Assembly (NCBI GenBank): GCA_000697455.1
Contig: JNET01029041.1
Coordinates: 1 to 41,729, forward strand
DNA from: Basidiobolus heterosporus B8920
Taxonomy: Eukaryota
Reading direction: 5' to 3'
DNA: 41,729 nt
In this document: positions 34,374-41,729 of the stretch, piece after piece
How the letters are laid out: each line of letters opens with the position of its first letter
How positions within the stretch are numbered: position 1 is the first letter of the stretch
The notes under the pieces: model-generated
The model's input: only the letters and a program-made list of their open reading frames with translations
The model's database searches: none
What the model was told of the DNA's origin: nothing
Translations under genes and position numbers: made by a program

Positions 34374-36882
34374 ATGCTTCGCTTGAGGTAGGCCCTTGAT
34401 AGATCCACAGAAATGTGTCTGTTTCCTTCCATATAACACAGCATTTTAGAAATATCATTCCAGTTAACGCACAATCGAGCTTCCGAAGTGGTATATCGGT
34501 AAGCACTGATAAGCACATTTAACAAAACCCCCGTCACTCTCATCATTGGCTAATTGAATTGAATTCGTAACTCAGTCAACTACTAAGCAGTCACATCGAT
34601 TACCACATTCAAAATTACTACGTACCTACTACACTGGCGGTAATCAAAAACTCAAAGAATGGGTGTCAAAACATGAGAAACTCCTAAAACCGTCCAAGGT
34701 TCATTGGGTTGATGGATCTGAAAAGGAATATAAGCAGTTGGTTGATTCGCTGGTTCAGCGTGGTGTTATGATACCATTAAACCCTTCTAAACGGCCAAAC
34801 TCATACTTGACACGCACAGACCCAGCAGACGTTGCTAGAGCAGAAAGCTCCACATTCATTTGCTCCAAGAACTCAGAAGATGCAGGGTATGTGCAGAAGT
34901 CCAATGCTCTGTTCTCATCGAGCTTGTCATTTACTTTCTCTCATTTACTTTAGTCCTACCAATAACTGGGTGGACCCAGGGGAAATGCGCGCACAATTGG
35001 CAAAAAACTTCGATGGTTGTATGGAAGGTAAGAAGTAATTCGACTCGTCTGATCTTGCGCAAATACTCACAAATTTCATGCCTATCTCACAATTATAAAG
35101 GACGCACAATGTATGTGATCCCATTCAGCATGGGCCCTATCGGCTCTCCTCTAGCAAGAATAGGTGTTCAGCTCACGGACTCACCTTTCGTAGTTACTAA
35201 CATGCGCATAATGACCCGAATGGGAAGTAAAGTACTGGAACAACTCGGCGATAAAGGGGAATTTATCCCGTGCGTGCACTCTGTTGGATGCCCACTTCCA
35301 AATGGTAAAGAGGATTCTCTTTGGCCATGTAATATACCAGAACGTAAAGTAGTGCACTTTCCGGAAACAAGAGAGATCTGGAGTTTTGGTTCAGGGTATT
35401 GATGGATTTCATGTCACTCATCCTGAACTGGTGTACTCACACAAATTTAGATATGGTGGCAATTCTCTTCTAGGCAAAAAGTGTCTTGCCCTGCGTATCG
35501 CCTCAGTGATGTCAAGAGATGAAGGCACATTGGCAGAGCACATGCTAATTTTAGGATTGACTAGTCCTGAGGGAAAAAAGCACTATGTTGCAGCTGCGTT
35601 TCCAAGGTAATATTTCAAAGAAATTTATGCAGTTCACCGACCCAAAGTTAACGAGCATCTGGTATTTAGTGCCTGTGGAAAAACAAATTTAGCAATGATG
35701 GAACCAGCCTTGCCTGGGTGGAAAATAGAAACCATTGGCGATGATATTGCCTGGATGAGAATCAATGAAAAGGACTCTCGTTTATACGCAATTAACCCCG
35801 AAGCAGGATTTTTTGGAGTAGCTCCAGGCACTTCCAACTCAACTAACCCAAATGCTATGGAAACTATTCGCAGTGATACTATATTCACCAACGTAGCATT
35901 AACTGAAGACGGTGATGTCTGGTGGGAGGGTATGAGTAAACAACCTCCTGCTGGAAAAATCGTAGATTGGCGTGGGGTGGAATGGGAGAGAAGTGAATCG
36001 GAGCCAGTACGCAAAGAACCATTGGCTCATTCGAATTCCCGCTTTACTGCGGCCATATCCAATTGTCCTGTGAAAGACCCACGTTGGGAAGACCCTAACG
36101 GAGTACCTATCTCTGCTATAATATTCGGAGGAAGACGTGAGCACACCATTCCTCTGGTATTCCAAGCTTTGAACTGGAATCATGGTGTTTTACTTGGAGC
36201 CTCTGTGGCAAGCGAAAAAACGGCAGCTGCTGAAGGTACTGATATTGGAGTAGTCAGACATGATCCATTCGCAATGCTACCTTTCTGCGGTTACAATATG
36301 GGCGATTACTTCAAGTAAGTAAGAAAGGCCTGCAACAAGAGTGATAAATCACAGTTAACATATGTTCTACTTTCTCTTAAGACACTGGATTTCCTTAGGT
36401 CAGTCCGCTCCAGATCCATCGAAACTCCCAGCGATCTTCCACGTAAATTGGTTCCGTAAAGGGGCTGATGGGAAGTTCCTTTGGCCAGGATTTGGGGATA
36501 ATTCACGGTAATCTAGGGTGGATTTGATGTTGAATACAGAAAGCGATTGCTTACTCTAATTTAATCTAGCGTTTTGAAGTGGATAGTGGAACGCATTGAA
36601 CACCCAGAAGCTGATGCTCAACCGACACCCATTGGCTATCTACCAAAGCCAGACTCTCTAGATCTTTCTGGAATTGAAAAGGAGGCGACTCCAGAGGTGA
36701 TGTCGGAGCTCCTCAACGTCAATCGAGAATCTTTCGTGAATCAAGTGCGTGAGAATCGAAAATACTTCTCGGTCTTTGGTGAGCATTTCCCAAATGAATT
36801 GAAAGATGAGCTAGACCAAATGGAAGCTCGACTGAAAACAGAACATAGTGTTGAGAGTACTGGTAAAGAAGCGGTAGTTTAG
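34374..36882 (+). CDS. GTP-dependent phosphoenolpyruvate carboxykinase, multi-exon; 5' end uncertain
   Basis: Spliced signatures [100 protein letters not shown] are all of the GTP class. Conserved coding sequence starts near 34640; the upstream exons are inferred. Confidence 0.95.
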
Positions 36883-37488
36883 AAACTCTAGAAAAAGACT
36901 ACTGCCATAGGCCGCAGCCTCAGCTCAAGAATATAGACAACTAATGTAACGTTTTTCAACAAACTCTTATTCAAAGAAGTTACTTGGTTGCTTAACATCG
37001 CCATGTATTCACTATATATCTATTACCGTTGTTGCCTTTTGTCTACATATAGTGATCCTTAATTTTATCGTGCTCTTGTGTGATATTTGAATATACTATA
37101 CTATAACGTTAGCCACCGTTTATTTTGCTAATATGAGTCCTAATTATTCAATCTACAATGTACCTCTTAGGCTTGAGTTGTTAAATTAGAAAGATTTCTT
37201 AAAGCTGTCACAAACCACTAGATATGCCCCATTTATGCTATAATGTGCATTTCAAAATCCAGTAAGTTGAAGTGAATTAAAATAAGTGTGGGTAAGTAGC
37301 TATCAGTATGAGTCAATATAGGGATTAATCCAAGTTTAACAATTCATTTCCCACAGTCAAAAAACCATCACGTCATACTGATAGTCCCACTGAGTGAGAT
37401 CTAAAGTTCAGATTAGCTTTAGACAATCTGGAGATTAATTGTTCATTTATTCTATGAAACCTATGTATATATTTATATGAATATGTAT

Positions 37489-39371
37489 TTAGTGAGCAGA
37501 AGCAGCAATATTTTCCGCTGCTGGTCTTCTCTTTGGTGGGATCTCCTGAAGAAATACCAGGGCAATCACAGCAAGTACACCAAATGGTATTACCGACACA
37601 AAACTCTTGTCCAGTGCATTTACATAGGCACTAATCACTCCCTCACGAATTGCTGGATCAAGTTTCTGAATGGTATCAACAGAGAGCGCGGCTGATTCGG
37701 ACTAAACACGGTCGTGTGGTTAATAGTATGCTCTACAATCTAAATCCTAATTTTCACATACCGAGGTAGAGGGCAACACCTGCCCAATGTTTTTACTAAG
37801 AAAGTTGGTGAGTACTGCCCCTTGGATTGCTACACCAAATACTCCCCCAATGGTCCTCAGGAATGTCACCAAGGATGTGGTGGATGCGTTGTCTACAAAA
37901 GCATCATTGAGATATTATCCTTTGAGTCTATACCCTAATACTCCTGTACCTTGAACGGTAACCGCTGCCTGTGCTGCTAGTAATAAAGTTTGAATCTCGA
38001 AGCCGAAACCTGCTCCAATTAAAATCAAGTAGAGAATCAGCAATCCACGGCTAGTCCCTTCATTCACCGTGGATGATAATCCCAGACCAACAGTCAGTAA
38101 GACTGCCCCAGGGAGTGCAAACACTCGATACCATCCACGAGAGGATGACAAAGGCCCTGAAATCAAGGATGTAACTGTTACACTGAGCATGAATGGAAGG
38201 AGTTGAAGTCCAGCTCCAGTAGCTGTATATCCTTTCACCACTTGGAAGTATATGGGGAAGTAGTACTGTGCACCAAACACACTTGCGCCTACCATGAAGA
38301 ATCCAACACTAGAAACAAGTACGTTGCGAACTTTGAAAAGATGTGGGGCAATTAGAGGCTCTTTTGCGACCTTCAATTCAACATATATAAAGGCAGCTAA
38401 TAGTACAAATCCAACACAATAAACTGATATGACCACTGGGGAAGACCAGGCATACTCATTACCACCCCAGTTGGTAGCCAACAGAATGCAAATCACTGAG
38501 CTTAGAAGGGTGACAATTCCCCAGTAGTCAACTTTGGCCAGTTTTTCACGTAAAGAGCCCTTGGGAGCAGGCATCTTCAACATAAAGATGACGACGAATA
38601 GAGTAATTGCACCAACTGGCATATTGATATAGAAAGCCCAACGCCAGCTAACATGATCTGAGAATATACCTCCTAATAGGGGGCCTAGTACTCCTGATAA
38701 AGCGAATACCGCACCAATTGCACCAAGATACTTTCCTCGTTTGTGTAGTGGAACAATATCTATGGTGTAGAACTGAGTTAGAGACGTAAACCGTTTTACG
38801 GACACCCATGTCTGAATACATACCCGAGATGATGATAACTACCAAACACAAAATCCCTCCACCCCCGATTCCAGACACCGCTCGGAACACAATCAGCATA
38901 GTCATGTTCTGAGATACGCCACACATAATGGAGCCACCCAAAAAGGTGAACAGAGCAAAGAGAATGGTCAATTTACGCCCAAAAATATCCGAGAATTTCC
39001 CATACAGGGGCTGGAATGATGTGAAAGTAAGTAGATACGACGTCGCTACCCACGATACTTGGTTCAATGCATTGAATTCTGACGAGATGGCCGGTAGAGC
39101 TGTAGCAACAATCGTTTGATCCAACGATGCAAGAAATACAGCAAGCATAAGACTAGTAGAATCTATAGTTAGTAGAGAAAATTGTTTGCGCTTGGTGTGA
39201 TACAAGTTCTTACCCTATAAATATAACAATTCGTTGCCGGGTAGAATAGTTCAGCTCTTGTTCCGCCTTCTCCTCCACTCCCAATACAATTTGTGTATCG
39301 TGTTTGTCCGTAACCGAAGCCTGGTTGACTGGAGAGCAATCGAAATCTTCTTTCTCTTTAGTGCTATCCAT
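37489..39371 (-). CDS. MFS drug:H+ antiporter, DHA2 (14-TMS) family, multi-exon
   Basis: FLASLDQTIVATALP, WVATSYLL, YGKFSDIFGRK, GPLLGG, WRWAFYINMP, FLRTIGGVFG. Confidence 0.93.
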
Positions 39372-40917
39372 TTGCTGATTTGTGCAATGATGTGCGGCTA
39401 TTTGTCTATTTATATCAAGATCTGCTTTCTCTTTTTTGATGGGAAATTTCTTTTTGACTCACGTTGTAACATTAGTCAGTATATGGCTGATCTTTTCATC
39501 CATTTTTAATTCACTAGCTTTGTATCACCATACACAAGGCTTATTCTCACCAACATTATAGGTTAAAGGTTGTTACACTGGAGGAAGCTATGGATGCGAT
39601 CCATCAATGAAACTCAGGTGTCTAGAAGCTCTTTGGATTAAATTCCAACTGTACAAGGAATGCTATCATTTTGTATCATAGTGTATCATTTCTTAGCATT
39701 TCCCAGCATTTCATATGTAATGAGTGAAGGTTGAGTAACAGGCATTTGGCGTTTCTGACTCCTTTTGTGCTTTACTCGTGGAGTAAGAGAGTCCTGATGA
39801 GCATGCTGCCTTGTAAGTCGGTAGGCAGCAATCACTACCAACCCCGGGTTAGTGGTTCATACCAGTTGCTGCATATTATATCGGGTAATCATTTATCCAT
39901 CTTAAAGTCGCCATTATACTCATTTCCCAGTATAATCGGGTAGTACTTCCATTCCCTTGTTTCAGGATCCTGATCCATGGTAAGCGACTGCAATGAGATC
40001 GTTGTACCATACTCACTTTTCCTATTTAGATTTCTGGTATTTTTGGTATTTTCTGAGTCACTGACAACACGTTTGGCATAGGGTTGAGGTTAGGACTTCA
40101 CTATAAGAGTAACATATATCACTACTAATGGATCAAGATGAAAATAGTACTCTTCCCTATAAGAGTCAATGACAAGTTATTCTACAAATACGCCCTTATC
40201 CAATCACTTATTCTAATGAAAATAAATTGCTAGATATTTCTAGTGTAGATTAGTAGGGCCTAGAGGGTTATAACAAGGAAAGCCACCCAAGGTGTAATCC
40301 CCATTGCTGTCTGGGCCTTTCAACAAGACTGTGTAGGAACTCACTACTTTATGAAAATGGGAAATGTTGATCTGGAGCTCATACACCTGAGATCTAATGT
40401 TAGATGGTCATGGGGAAGAGCAAATGGCAGCAAAGGTAAATTAACTAAATGCACTGCCAAATGAACTTGCAGCCTAATGGGAAGCAGAAAGGGTGCATCT
40501 TTCCTCAAGTAGTCCTGCTAAAATTGAGCTTGGTAATCTTCATGAACCTCTTTGGGTAACTTGGCAGCTTGAATAATGTTAACAAACTTGTTTACCAGGA
40601 TAGAGCTCGAGATAATATTCCACCATGATTTGAACCTAGTAATTGGTGTAGTCACCTACTGTTAGATTAGTGGATTGCAGGAATTTGTTAACTAATATAT
40701 AGTCTGATTCCCAAGTTAAAACTATGACTGACCAAGACAAGAAGCTAAATGAATAAGCTCTCTGTGAGGATATGGACTTCTGAAGGAAGGAAGTCACCAA
40801 TGTGGGTGAAATCTTAGCTTGAAGTGAATGCTACACAGCAAGTAACAAACCCACTAGAATATCAGATCCCAGAATGTATCTGAAAGAAATAAAAAGCATT
40901 ATTAAGCTATATTCTGC

Positions 40918-41729
40918 TGTGAGATTCTTGGAGTTATTTGGAGTGACTTAGAGAATCAGAAGAATATGTGGTTTTCACTTGTAGATTTATTGAATGGAAA
41001 GTAGACTTTTATACTTTTACCATGAAGTAAATATTGAAAGTGAAAATAGTGATATTGGAAGTGACTTTGGATATTAAGAAGTTGTTGTACTTTCACTTGA
41101 TGTTTTATTGTATTAAAGAAAAGTATTTATATCTTTTGTTAGAACTAAGTAAAAAAACTATTACATACTATTCTAGAGGGTTCTAAGAACATACTGTAGA
41201 GGTTTCAGCTCATTTGGACATGTTCAAGATTTTTCATAAATCCAACATTTCATAATCTTGTAATTAATCCAAATTGATGTTACGCATTTCAACTTTGACA
41301 AATATCTCATAAATACAAAATATAAGTTATATACCTAGTTATATGAATATTTAGGTGCTAAACTAACCTAATTTCAACACTCCCACTCAACTAAATACTC
41401 ATATAAATAACAAACTCTTTCTAGTTGAATATTCAAAGCATCAATATATTACTCTATCATAGAGTAAAAGTTTAAAACCAACTGGGAACTTTTTGTGACC
41501 TATATCACGTCCTAAATATGCATAGGAATGCCCACATTGATCTAAAATTGCATTAGCCAATGCACAACTTGAGCATAGATTTATCCACCACTTGATTTGG
41601 CCGGAAATCTGCTTAACTACTGGTATAAGATCTGAGTTAAGATCTTGATTGAGTAAGTTAGTTTCTCCCACTGAATCTGCAACTTCTAGATGGAGTTCAG
41701 GATCAGTGTCCATCAGATTTTTAGTAGAA
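40918..41729 (-). mobile_element. Copia-like LTR retrotransposon relic: 3' LTR (about 40918-41379), polypurine tract and internal sequence running off the window
   Basis: On the minus strand TTGAGTGGGAG (41390-41380) directly precedes TGTTGAAAT, a typical PPT/LTR junction. The candidate LTR ends ...TCTCACA at 40918, is AT-rich and carries TATA and AATAAA boxes. Strong CpG depletion. No second LTR or RT domain is visible. Confidence 0.6.

Noticed and set aside
1..41729. CRISPR arrays, operons, rRNA/tRNA genes, or a secondary-metabolite cluster around the MFS exporter
   Set aside because: The sequence is spliceosomal eukaryotic DNA, with no repeat-spacer array, no RNA gene and no PKS/NRPS/terpene core enzyme visible.

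Overview
Gene-dense, intron-rich fungal nuclear DNA with short GT-AG introns. The gene content (an Integrator subunit, a GTP-type PEPCK, a bacterial-type CBM9-like gene) suggests an early-diverging, non-Dikarya fungus; this is an inference and no species is claimed. About 15 protein-coding genes can be assembled by hand: DAHP synthase, a secreted His-brace LPMO-like protein, a secreted CBM9/DOMON-like protein, an INTS10 (Integrator subunit 10) homologue, hexose-6-phosphate 1-epimerase, BRO1 with a very long Q/P/Y/G-rich tail, an alpha-arrestin, RPL36, a small unknown protein with a probable GC-AG intron, RAD23, aminopeptidase P, a degenerate DUF2433 metallophosphoesterase-RRM protein, a six-BRCT Brc1/Rtt107-like protein, GTP-dependent PEPCK and a DHA2 MFS exporter. 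The right end holds a CpG-depleted, Copia-like LTR relic. The strongest leads are the fungal INTS10, the unclassified LPMO-like gene beside the CBM9-like gene, the GTP-PEPCK and the probable pseudo-enzyme RNA-binding protein. Family calls rest on recalled motifs, not database searches.
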